Below the pieces are notes generated by a model. The model was not told where the DNA came from, ran no database searches, and was given only the letters and a program-made list of their open reading frames with translations. From positions 4,712,001 to 4,776,000 of the forward strand of contig CDPCPM010000367.1 of assembly GCA_976551045.1 (NCBI GenBank): 64,000 nucleotides of DNA, written 5' to 3'. The translations under genes and the position numbers were made by a program. Every line of letters starts with the position of its first letter. Positions within the stretch are counted from its first letter, which is position 1. Below are positions 38,155 to 49,306 of the stretch, piece by piece. The DNA is from Glaucostegus cemiculus. Its lineage: Eukaryota.

Positions 38155-39469
38155 GAATATATGACTTTCAAAGAGTTTAAAGATGCTGCCTTTTGGACAA
38201 AGCATTGTTTCACATTCAAATCAGTGATGACAACATCTGATTTTCAGCTACTCTCGCCTATTGGAGGCACAAGCAAGTCCTTCCATTGTGTGGGTGACTC
38301 ATCAAAAATAACTTGCATTTTGAATCCATTATTATTGCTAGTTAGCACTCAAGCATCCAGTCGGTACTTTGAGAAAGTCACCTGATCCTGGAAGTTCTGC
38401 CAGAGCCACAGGCCTTCGGAAGGTATGACCTATTAAATCACCTTGGGAACATTGGGCAATTAATTTCATTAATTTGCAACAAAAGTTGCAAAATCAAGTT
38501 TTGCACATAAAGGCATGCTTATGCTGCTTCAAAACACTCAAAGAAATATTTACAATGAAGAGGAGCTTTCAGGTTATTTGTTGTGGGGGGGGGGGAAGAA
38601 TTAGAAATCAGTGATATGCACAGCAAGTTGTTTCACAATAATTTAATACCAACTTGTATGTGGTGAAAGGGATCAGTATAGCTGGTCCTATACTTTGTCA
38701 AAAAGTAAAGTTTTAACAAGACTCTTGAGAGAGGTTTGAGAAGGAGATTAATTTCTTTGGAGTTAGATGGCTGAAGGCACAGCTGCAAAGTAAAATGGTG
38801 CATATTCAGATTTGTGGGAATCAATTTTTGCAGTGTTGTTGAGGTTTAGAGAGAGAGGTATGAAGTATCTGAAGGCCCCTGGAGCTTCTCTGCCATTCTA
38901 TATTAGATTGTGCCTCATTAAGTCCAATTTCTTATCTGATCCCCTTATCCTTTGAGGGTCATAAAATCATTTATTCTCCATTTTGAATACATTTAATGAC
39001 TGATTATCCACTGCTTTCTCTTACATTCCTGTAAAGAAATGCATCTCCATCTCTGTTCAATGTGGACTTGTCCTGAGACTGGACCCTCTTTTAGCCTGTG
39101 GAAAAGTGGCCTCTCACCACATTCCTGGTCAGTCCATTTCTGACTCTCATATGTTTCAACAAGTTCCAAACCACTAGTCCCTGGAAATCAACATTATGAA
39201 TCCCTGCACGAGAAGCTGGAAGATTACTGCTATTTGATGGGCAATGAGCTTAGTGCCAGAATTGACTCTTCTAACACTTTTGTTCATCAGGTGGTCAAAG
39301 GCTGTGCTAGTGCACTGGTGATGGTGGTAGATTCAAGTCAAATGTTTGTCCTTAGAGTGAGGTGGCTGCTGGGATGTGACAGCTGATCCATATTGTTCTA
39401 GATCATGATTGTCAAGGAGTGGCATTGCGCAGATGAGACAGGTTTTGTTTTCCCACATGTTTGGTATAA

Positions 39470-39721
39470 TTTTTTAAATATTTTATTTACAGCTTGGTAA
39501 CAGGCCCTTTCGGCCCTCCGAGTCCATACCGCCCATTTTAAACCCCCCAAATTAACCTACCTGTATGTCTTTCAGAATGTGGGAGGAAACTGGGGCACCT
39601 GGAGGAAACCCACACAGACACGGGAGAACGTACAAACTCCTTACAGACAGCAATGGGAATTGAACCCTGATCGCTGGCGCTGTAACAGCATCGCGTTAAC
39701 CGCTACGCTATCGTGCCGCCC
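39470..39721 (-). mobile_element. tRNA-derived V-SINE (HE1-like), relatively young
   Basis: The - strand begins GGGCGGCACGATAGCGTAGCGG (A box)...GGTTCAATTCC (B box), then the V-domain GGAGTTTGTACGTTCTCCCGTGTCTGTGTGGGTTTCCTCC..TTTCCTCCCACATTC, a CR1-like 3' end and an AT-rich tail; CpGs are retained. Confidence 0.85.
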
Positions 39722-40928
39722 AATGCATAATTACCTTGTATCATTCAATAATGGTTTAGAGATTAACCATTCACAGTATTTAAAAGAGATGCAATGAAAG
39801 TAAAAGCAAAAAAAACAAGATTCTAGAAATACATAGCAGGTCAAGCAGCAACTGCCTGACATTATTTCTAGACATTTTGTTTCAGTTGGATTAATTGTCT
39901 TGTTTTGTACTCCAAGCCCTTTGCAACAAAAGGTTTTTTTTGCCTTCCTGATCTTTCACAAGTCTGGAAACAGCAAGGATTTTAAAATATTGAGGGACCG
40001 GCGAAGACACTGGCATTGAACTCCACACAAACATGCATCTTGTCTCTAGTTTGGACTAACACACACCCCCATTGTTTGAGCCAGGGAAGTGATCTTGTGA
40101 GGTGGAACAGAGGAAACTGGAGGTAGAGAGGAAAAAGGCAATGAACCTGAGCCATCTTCAAAAGGAGGGCTTATGTTGAGACCATGGAAGAGATTCACAT
40201 CTGCTTCATTTAGCTGTTCATATACATCTAACATGAATCATGTTGTCCAGGAATGTAACTAAAACATTACAAACAGGTTTATAGTAACTTTATGCTGAAA
40301 AAGTGCCACTATTTACATTGCAATAAGAGTTTTGCTTGTGTAGCAAGTGCCAAATCATGTCACAACTGTAGATCCATGGGAGTGAAGAGTTCTCTTTGCT
40401 AACTTGGGTAGGCTGTACACAACTGTTCAAAAGAAAAGTGGATACTCATTCAGTAACATTCATAAAACAGCTTTTTAACAAGTTTAAACAGTCAAAATTA
40501 AAACAAATCTACTTGCAGCTAACATTTCCTATTTACTTATCAAGTTTGGCTCTGCTATATGGACTTAGTAGGCAGGCTTTCCAGTCTGAGCACTAGGAAG
40601 CTCGAAGATCACACTGCCCTGTGAAGTCTGAAGTTGTCCACTGGAGTCAGGCAGCAGAACCTGACACCAGCAATGGAAACTACACTGAACCAGTCCTAAT
40701 GAAAGGCAAGTCCTTGTATTCCTATACAATGTGCTATTGATTAATGTTGTTGACTCTTATTGAGAATATCCTTTTCCCTAATAAGCACAAAATCACCAGG
40801 AATTTCAACTGAAAATGGAAGGATTTGTAAGAGGTGTTCCCAGACTAATTTATTTGCATAGGTTTGCATTTGAACTGGATAGTCAATGGAATGATGTATT
40901 TTACTGAAGCTACTTAAAACACTAGGCT

Positions 40929-40973
40929 TTAACAAGTTAAATTATTTTGATGTAAAAGCTGATGATACCATAT
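40929..40973 (-). CDS. STAT1: Candidate STAT1 terminal exon, coding part (uncertain)
   Basis: Strong acceptor tgcttgttttccttcag followed by UTR-like sequence. Phase 0 gives IWYHQLLHQNNLTC*; the +2 frame gives MVSSAFTSK*. Confidence 0.35.
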   Translation of the reverse strand: MWYHQLLHQNNLTC

Positions 40974-41717
40974 CTGAAGGAAAACAAGCAGCAATTCTGG
41001 ACGTTGCTCTATTTGTATTATGGTAATGTCTAGTTTATGTTCCTACTGAATAGTTCACATATACAGAACAAAATGGGCAAAATTTAAACAGGCAAATAAA
41101 TGGCAGGTGAGTTCAGTACTGCACAAAGCAAGAAAGTGAGAGATTACTAGCACCTCATGAATAGTGCTGAAAGAAATCCAAGACTTAAATTTTGATATAC
41201 TCAATGCTTATCCAAGCAACATAGAAATTTACTGGACAGAGAACCTCAATGTACCGTGTCTACACCAGCCAAATAAGGACTATCCAACTTGATCACTTTC
41301 CAACTTTGTTAATCACTGGATGTGGTTGTCTTTTGCAAGGAAAGCAATAAAATGGCCTTAACTTGAGCAAGCAGATCATTTCCAAAAGGCAGTTTGAAAG
41401 TCAAACTACCCTGCCCAGATTAGGATGGCAGATTTATTTTCATGTAGGTCATTAGGGAACTAGATTTTCATTTTACAATTTGGTTTCTGAATTTCAATTA
41501 AATTTCATTTTAGTCTTGATTAATTGAATAATTTCTGCAATTGCTATACTAAGATTTGAATGTGTCCAGATAATTATTCCAGTCCTCTGAATTACTAGTT
41601 CAATTACATAACCTCTTTACTAGCACCCCCCTTGGCATTTTTAGCTTGTGACATTTCAAGGGCAAGTACTTTAAAACAGGTTTTGCTTCCATCAGGCTTT
41701 GGATACAGTATTTGAGA

Positions 41718-42070
41718 TGGGACAACAGTGGCATATCTAGTACTGCTGCCTCAGTGCCAAGGACCCAGGTTCAATCCTGACCTCTAATGCAGTCTATGTA
41801 GAGTTTATACTTTCTCCCTGTGACTGTGATTTTCCCCTAGGTGCTGTGGTTTCCTCCCACATTCTAAAGACTAAGTTTGACATGTTAATTGGCTGCAAAT
41901 ATTTCCATAGTGTGCAAGTGAACAGCAGAACTGGTTGGGGCGGGGGGGGCATGTGGGGTGGAGGGAGTTGTTGAGTATGTGGGGAGAATTAAAAAATGGA
42001 ATTAAATGTGCATTTGGTGTAAATGGGCAGTTGATGTGGTGTTGGTGGGCTTAAGGGCATGCTGTAGGAC
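41718..42070 (+). mobile_element. tRNA-derived V-SINE (older)
   Basis: B box GGTTCAATCC; decayed V-domain ..GGTTTCCTCCCACATTCTAAAGAC; CR1-like 3' end. Confidence 0.75.
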
Positions 42071-42384
42071 TGTTTTAGCATCCACTATTCCAAACTTTCC
42101 ACTAATCCTTTTCACCAGTTATTAAATCTATGCTGTTGGTTTCTCCAAGATTAGAAAAAAAAAACCTTCCCATCCATTGTCTAGGCTTTTGTTAACATTA
42201 GAAACATTTTCCATTCCCAAGAAAGCAGCTTTCCTATCCAATAGCTAGTATTTTCTAAAACTGAAAATCCTTAAATATTTTCTGCAACTCTTGTGATATC
42301 ATATCTTTCCTGTAATATGGGGATCAGAACTATACAATTCTGTAGTTATGTACACTTTTAGTAGTCCATCTTTGTTCTTGCATT

Positions 42385-43430
42385 CTACTAGAGAGGAAAA
42401 CAAAACAATAATCCAAAAAAAGTTACGGAGAAGGATACAGCCAGTTCGCAGGTTAAGGTCCTGAACTGGGGCAAAGCAGATTTTGGAGCCATTAGGTAGG
42501 ATCCTGCAGTGGTTGATTGGGTGAGATTGTTTGCAGGAAGAGAAGCATCTGCCAAATGGGAGGACTTTTTTTTAAAAAGTGTGATGTCAAGGGCCTGCAT
42601 GTTCCTGTTAGGGTGAAGGGAAAGGCTGGCAGGTTTAGGGAACCCTAGTTGATGAAAGATAGACATATTAAAAAAAGCGAGGCATACACTGTGCAGAAGC
42701 AATTACAAACTATTGAATCTCTTGATGACAAGTAGTGTAGGAGTATACTTGAGAGAAGTTAAGAGGGCAAAAAGATGATGCCGAGAAGGATCTGGCAGGC
42801 AAGGTGAAACAAAATCCCAAAGAGATTCTAAAGGAATATGAAGAGTAAAAGGGTGGGTAGGGAGAGAATGGATCCCCTTAAAGATCAGCAATGGCTGTCT
42901 GTGTGTGGAACCAAAGGAAATGGCTGAGATTTCTAATGAATATTTCTGTTCAGGGGATTTTACCAGGGAAGATTTACTAGGATGTTGCCTGGACTTACAA
43001 GGAGAGGTTGTGCAAACTAGGATTTTATTCCCTAGAATGTAGGAGACTGAAGGGTGACCTGATAGGAGGTATACAAGACCCTGAAGGGCATAGACAGGGT
43101 GAAAAGACCAGTCTTTTCTCTCTCCCCCCCCCCCCCCCCCCAGTGGGGGGCAGGGGCCAAAAGTAAGAGTTTAATAGGTTTAAGATTAGAGGTAAGAGAT
43201 TAAAAAGGGACATCAGCTTCATGTAAAGGGTGGTGCACATTTGGAACAAACTGCCAGAAAGTGGTTGAAGCAGGCACATTAGCAATGTTTATAAGCCATC
43301 TAGGTAAGTACATGGATAGGAGATTTAGAGGGCTACAGGCCAAATATGGGCAGATGGGACTAGCTCATTGGGCAACACAGCTGGCAGGGATGAGTGGGCT
43401 GAAGGGCCCGTTTCCATGTTGTATGACTGA
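42385..43430 (+). mobile_element. CR1 LINE remnant (internally deleted)
   Basis: ORF2-like 5' segment joined to TTTACTAGGATGTTGCCTGGA...AGGAGACTGAAGGGTGACCTGATAG and a 3' end GGGCTGAAGGGCCCGTTTCC. Confidence 0.65.
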
Positions 43431-44009
43431 CTTGATGAAGCCTTGATCTAACAGCCTCTCTAATGCACATACTCCAAATGTGGCTCAAGATTTATACCAT
43501 TCACCTCTCCCATCTGTGCACTCCCCAGCCACATTTGCCTCAAATGCATTACCCTGTGCTGCGCCAGACTGAATTTCATTTGCAACTTTGCTGTCTACCT
43601 AACTACTCTATGCTATGTTCCCAAGACTTAGCTTTCTTTCCACACACCCCCCAAACTGCTAATTTTTGCACCATTTGTAAACTTTAGACTTAAATGTAGG
43701 TACTGTGATCAGTCATTAATTGCTAAATCTTTCCATTGAAAGATATTTGTAATTAATCTTTAAATACCAGTCACAAAGATGCCCAATGACTATCCTTTGC
43801 TTTCTGGCACAGCCACACTTTGGATCACATTAGCTACTTGCATCTATTGCTCTGGCGGACCTTGTCTAAACTGATACAAATTACATCCAATCTGCCACCT
43901 CTGAACCTGGATTTACAAACTTAACCAGACAACCTCCCTTTAACTATGATTAATCAACTAGTGCCTTTCTAAATGATAACCATAATCCTAAAACTTTTGT
44001 TATATATCA

Positions 44010-45130
44010 CTGAGGTCAGTTGTTGGCACTGCACTCATCCAAGTATGTGAAGAGTATTCCACCATGCTCTTGACTGATACCTTTATAGATGGTGGACATA
44101 CATTGGGATGGGTCACTTACTACAATGTACCCAGTCTCAGACCTGGTCTTGTAGCATGGCATTTTAGTGGCTGGTCTAGTTGAGTTTGAGTTACTGTCCA
44201 TTGGTGATGACACCTCCCCAATGATATTTGAGGCAAGGGACTTAGTAATATTCTTGAATGTCAAGGGTTGATGGTTAGATTCTATAGGAAGGTGGCCATT
44301 GCCTGGCCTGTGTAGCACAAATGCTATTTGTCACTTGACACCCCATTTCTGGATGTTGTCTTGGTCTTTTGTATGCAGTCATGGACTGCTTCAGTTGCTG
44401 AAGAGTGGGAAATGGAATTGAACATTGCAAACATGCCCTATTCTGGTCTTATGCCTAGTGATGCAACAGCTGAAAATGGTTGAGACCAGGACCCTGTCCT
44501 AAGGAACTCCTTCACAGATGTTCTGGCCCTGGGGTGATTGGCCTCAAATAACCAAACATCTGTTTTGGGGAAGGTACATCTCTAACTACCTGTATTTTTA
44601 ACCACTATGCCATAAGCCAGCATTTGACTGAGTAATGTTAAAAGCAGCCACTTTCACCTCACTAGAATTCAGCTCTTTGATTCATATTTAGACCAAGGCT
44701 ATGATGAGTTCTGGAGCAGAGTGATTCAGTTAGAACCCATTCTGGCTATCAATGATGAAATGCCTTTTGACAGCAGTGGCAAATGACTTTACTAGTGTCT
44801 GAAAACAGAATGATAGTCCTGGAGTAGAAGTCACATATCTGGGCAACTTTCCAAATGGTTGGGTAGATGCTAGTCTTGTAACTGTATTGGAACAGCTTGG
44901 CTAGAAGGCACAACTAGATTTAGAGTGTAGATCATTGGTGCTACAACTGGGATATTGAACAGTTCTGTTACCTTCACTTTATCCAGTAGTCTCAGGAGGA
45001 AGACAAGATTGAGTATATGATACTTGTCTGAATAAGTGCTCAGCACTTGAGCCTAGCACCACATTTGTGCCTATGCTGCTCTCCCCATGCCCTTCTGCAC
45101 TTACTGAATCAGGGTTGAATCCCTGGCTTG
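44010..45130 (-). mobile_element. Old non-LTR retrotransposon RT fragment (clade not assigned)
   Basis: Decayed ESNHQPLTFKNIT...MSTIYK translation typical of a LINE RT C-terminus. Confidence 0.5.
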
Positions 45131-45244
45131 ACAGTAATGCAATTAGTTAATTCAAATTTCACAAGTTGAACTATATATATAGCTATAAAATAAGAGGCAA
45201 GGAGTAGTGGTCAAACTTGAGTGCACAGGTCAGACTATATACCT

Positions 45245-45470
45245 TAGAACAGATACCTACAGCACAATTCAGGCCCTTTGGCCCACAAAGCTGTGCCAAA
45301 CATGTCCCCACACTATTAGGCTTACCCAAAACCTTCTATCTTAGTTACCTCAATGCACCTATCCAACAGTCTCTTGAAAGACCCTAACATATCCACCTCC
45401 ACCATCTCTGGCAGCCCATTCCATGCACTCACCACTGAGTAAAAAACTTACCCCTAACATCACCCCTTGA
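45245..45470 (-). mobile_element. CR1 3'-end fragment, same subfamily as 58948-59920
   Basis: CCTACAGCACAATTCAGGC..GCCCACAAAG.TGTGCC.AACATGTCCC is present in both copies. Confidence 0.7.
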
Positions 45471-46041
45471 TTATCTACTTCTCCTTAAAAGTGAAGATGT
45501 ACTTACTCCAGTGGGCGAATAAGGAGGGATAATTAAAGTCAGTTTTTAAAAAAATATTGAAGGAAATTTCAGTTATGCTACAAAAAAGTGATCTTAAAGT
45601 AACAAGTAAAAGGAATTATTGCATTGCAGGTAGAATATGGGGCAAAGGTTATTTCTCAAAGGATCAGGAAATTCTTAAATCAATTTGTTATGTGACAAAT
45701 TCTAGAATTGTGAAGTGCTGAATTTCACAATAGGTATCTTTCAGTTTGAATGAATACAAGTAAGGACATTTGGCAAACAAAACTCTATGATAGAGATGTA
45801 GTTATTCAATGCATCATCCTGCATCAGCTTTATTTGTTAAAGCAGGAATTAAGACCAGAGCAAAAGCTGAAGGCTTATTTTTATATTAGGCATCTACATA
45901 TTACACTGAGGCAAGTTATACTCTGGCAAATGTTTACTGGACAAGGACATTAATGTTTACACTATACAATAATGGAGTACACCAGATCAACAAATGAATG
46001 CAGTTTACAAGAACTGCAGCCACTTAGATTCCAAAACCTAC

Positions 46042-46144
46042 CACTGTATCAATATCTGAAGAACTTAAGTGTCGTGTCAATTCACCAAAATCCTCCACGG
46101 ACATGGGTAGAAGATGTTCTGTTGTCTGCAGTCTGGAAGGATGA
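46042..46144 (-). CDS. STAT1: STAT1 exon 24 equivalent (transactivation domain)
   Basis: HPSRLQTTEHLLPMSVEDFGELTRHLSSSDIDTV; 103 nt, tttctag| and |gtaggt flanks. Confidence 0.93.
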
Positions 46145-47818
46145 CTAGAAAGTATTTTTAAAACAAAAAAAAAATACAGTTTCACTTGTCTTGGTGGTTA
46201 TGGGTGCCAATACAAATCTCAAAACAAGCATACAGCCAATATAGTACTTGATAGAAGTGTAGTTACTGCTAGAAGGAAACACATGCTGTTTGTGGAACTT
46301 GCTGTGTGCAACAAGTTAAAATGACAATCTGTTACAATGATGTAATTCCCAAGTATAGTCAGCCATGAAACCAGCAAGAAGTTCCCTGCCATGGGCCCTT
46401 CCTGATTTATCAATGAAAAAACTATCAAGGCTGGTTTGGTTATGGGGCTTTCCTCTTGACCAAAATCTAATACATTCAGCTGAAAACTAAGTATTAAAAA
46501 TCATTTAAGTTACCCAATGTTTTATTACAATTTAGTTGTAAATACTGTCAAATTAGTTCAATTCTGGGCTGTAAGTTTAAAAAGGTAAGCAATACCATTA
46601 AAAACCATTAATAGTATAAACTTGTGGATTGGTAAACAGACAAGCAATTGATTTAACTATCAAACAGTCCTTACATATCCCAATATGAAAGATTTTTTAA
46701 AAATTAAATCAATCCCACAGTTTCCAATCCAATTACTCCTGCATTATTGTGTAAAGTTTTGGAGCCAGCTTTCATTCCAATGTTTCTTTGGAGAAGTTAT
46801 TCTTCCCACTAGCCAGAAGTATGCCATGACCTAGTCTGGTTGCAAACACAGACACCTCAAACAAAAACCCCTTAAAGTTTCCTTTGAGTTATTACCTACC
46901 TAATTCATCCCAAATAAATTGTAGGCATCACAGCTCAAAATGGTGTACTAGAAATTGCGGTGAGCACTTTCGTCTAGAGGGGTTAAGATTTAAACTTCCA
47001 AAAACAAGTTAAATAAGCTGCAGGCAAATCCCCTGAATGTGATGGACTCATGAGATTTTAAACACGTAGTTATAGAAAGTGGCTCCATTGGCTTTAATCT
47101 TCCAGAGTTGTCCACATTCTAGAATTACCCTATTAGTTGTTTCAATGGCTAAAACGAGCTTTTTTTTGCTTTAGACCATAATTCCTTCTGCCATTTAAAG
47201 TCTCTATCTTTTTATCAGCACTAGCTGCCTTCCTCTTGGTCCTTGGCATACTATTTCCCATTCTGACAATGGTCACTGACTGGTTTTGTTCTCCATAGAC
47301 ATTAATTCCTTTTCTCCACTCTCTTCAGTGATCAAAATAAAGTTAGTTACAATGTTGAATGCAAATCCTGAATAAATACAGCAGCAACATTTGCAGTGCT
47401 GAGCTTATCTTGGGTATATTTAACCTTCTGTATTATTGAGTCAATATTAAGTTATTGGAACACAATATATCAAATACCCACAACCTAAAGTTATTTTCAC
47501 AACTTCCAGATATCTACTTCAAGTGACCATCTTTGGTGTAAAACAAAGAGCTTTATAGTCTCATTGTAGAATGTTACATTTTTCTTGTGTCTATAATAGT
47601 AGCAAGATCAGTTACATTTATTTATAAACTTACTGTATTAAATTACAGATAAAGAGCAAGCTTAAAACTTCAACAATCACCAGCCAATTACTAAAGAGGT
47701 GTTCTTTTTCCAGTATCTTGCATTTAGAACTTGTACTATTTGGCTACAATTATGAACACCGTATACATAATCTGCATTTAAACAAGGAAAAAAAAGCAGA
47801 GTTAACAAGGTTACTCAC

Positions 47819-47894
47819 ACTTCAGAAACAGAAATTAGTTCAGTCTTTATGTATCCACTTGTCTTGGCATCATCCACGTCCATAGGCTCTGAAG
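47819..47894 (-). CDS. STAT1: STAT1 exon 23 equivalent (Y701 phospho-site)
   Basis: SEPMDVDDAKTSGYIKTELISVSE(V). GYIKTELISV identifies STAT1 rather than STAT4, and the SUMO motif IKTE is intact. Confidence 0.96.
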
Positions 47895-49117
47895 CTAAGA
47901 AAGAAGTGAAACAAAGGATTTGTGTATGATTAATGAGAATTTCCAATTTAACTGGTATAGCACTTGAGGTACAGGTTCAACCTACTGCTTCTAGTACATG
48001 ATTATTCATCCATCTTGCTGTTGAGTAAATAGCATGTTTAAGTATAATAGTACTTATTGCAAGTGACTAGCCAGACCTAAAGCCTGCCTGCAGCTTTAAA
48101 GTAGTCTATTGTAACTGCAGTGGATATGGTGTTATTCTGCAGTTCAGTGACGCAACAAACACTGACACGGGAGATGGCAGTGGACAATCTACTGTGCATA
48201 GTCAGCCCAAAGGAGTAGGCAAACTCTTCAAATGCAGTGGGAGCAAATATGCCTGGTGATTTATATAGGACTTTAGCCCCTGAAGACTTTTATGCTGCAA
48301 TATGTTCAGAAATGATCATGGCTGAATGGATCCTCACCAAGTGCAATAAGAAATTCTGCAACTGTTCAATGCATCACATCTCCATTGCATCACCTACTGA
48401 CAATTAATTAGTACTCCCGAAATTCATGGGCTCACCTCCACCTTGCTTAGCAGTGCCATAAACCTCATCTGCCAGCTTGCTTACAGTGGCAGCCATTCAA
48501 ACTGGACAGCCACATCAAAAAGCACTACTCAGACAGGATCAAACCAGCACTAGTCAAGTTTAAGGAGTTTAATGTCAGGAGGAATGTGTGGGATGGGATT
48601 TCCAATAAGCATCATGGAGGAAAGTACATCTGAATCATTTTACAGGGACAAGAACAATTTTAGTGCATGATCAGTGGGAAGAAGGAGAAGAATGGTGCTT
48701 TCCCCTGAAAATATGCCAAGATGTTCAATAATTTAAAAAAAATCCAAAATGGAAAAGCTAGGGAATACAAGTGCCACATGAAGATATTCTTGGTCTAAAA
48801 TCTTATGCTCAGTCATGACATGAGTACTTTTTGCTTTGTGGAGATTTTTTTTTAGCACAAATCCAGAAGTAAAATTTTATAACAAATTCTTTGATCCACA
48901 ATTGGTAATGGTTGATTTTTCAGTGAGACTTTTTACATCCAATACAACACAGGAGTTAGTGTTGGTCAATTCCCATTAATGTTGTTCTATACAGAAACTA
49001 ATGTTATATAATATTTAGTTCTGATTCTCAGTCCAATGTCATTAAATACAAATACATTTGTGTTAAAGTTTACAAAAAGAGAAATTGGTCTCAAGATGTG
49101 GATTTATTTATACTTAC

Positions 49118-49306
49118 GATCTTTTGGCCTGGAGTAATACTTCCCAAATGCTTGATCTTTGGGGATCTCAGGATACAAATACTTCAATGGATTTTCTGGA
49201 ATATTCTCAGCTGCCATTACTTTGTAATTGCGAATGATATCTGGGAAGGTGACAGCCGACAGTTGATGCTTGGTGTATGGTTCTACAGAGTGAAACTGAG
49301 CCTCAG
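49118..49306 (-). CDS. STAT1: STAT1 exon 22 equivalent (SH2 C-half)
   Basis: [62 protein letters not shown]; 189 nt. Confidence 0.96.

Noticed and set aside
39640-39721. tRNA-like sequence with A and B boxes
   Set aside because: It is the head of a V-SINE and runs directly into the V-domain; it is not a tRNA gene.
40209-40226. Alternative STAT1 last exon ttag|ATG TAT ATG AAC AGC TAA (MYMNS*)
   Set aside because: In phase and loosely like human MNTV*, but the polypyrimidine tract is poor. Not supportable without transcripts; kept only as an alternative.
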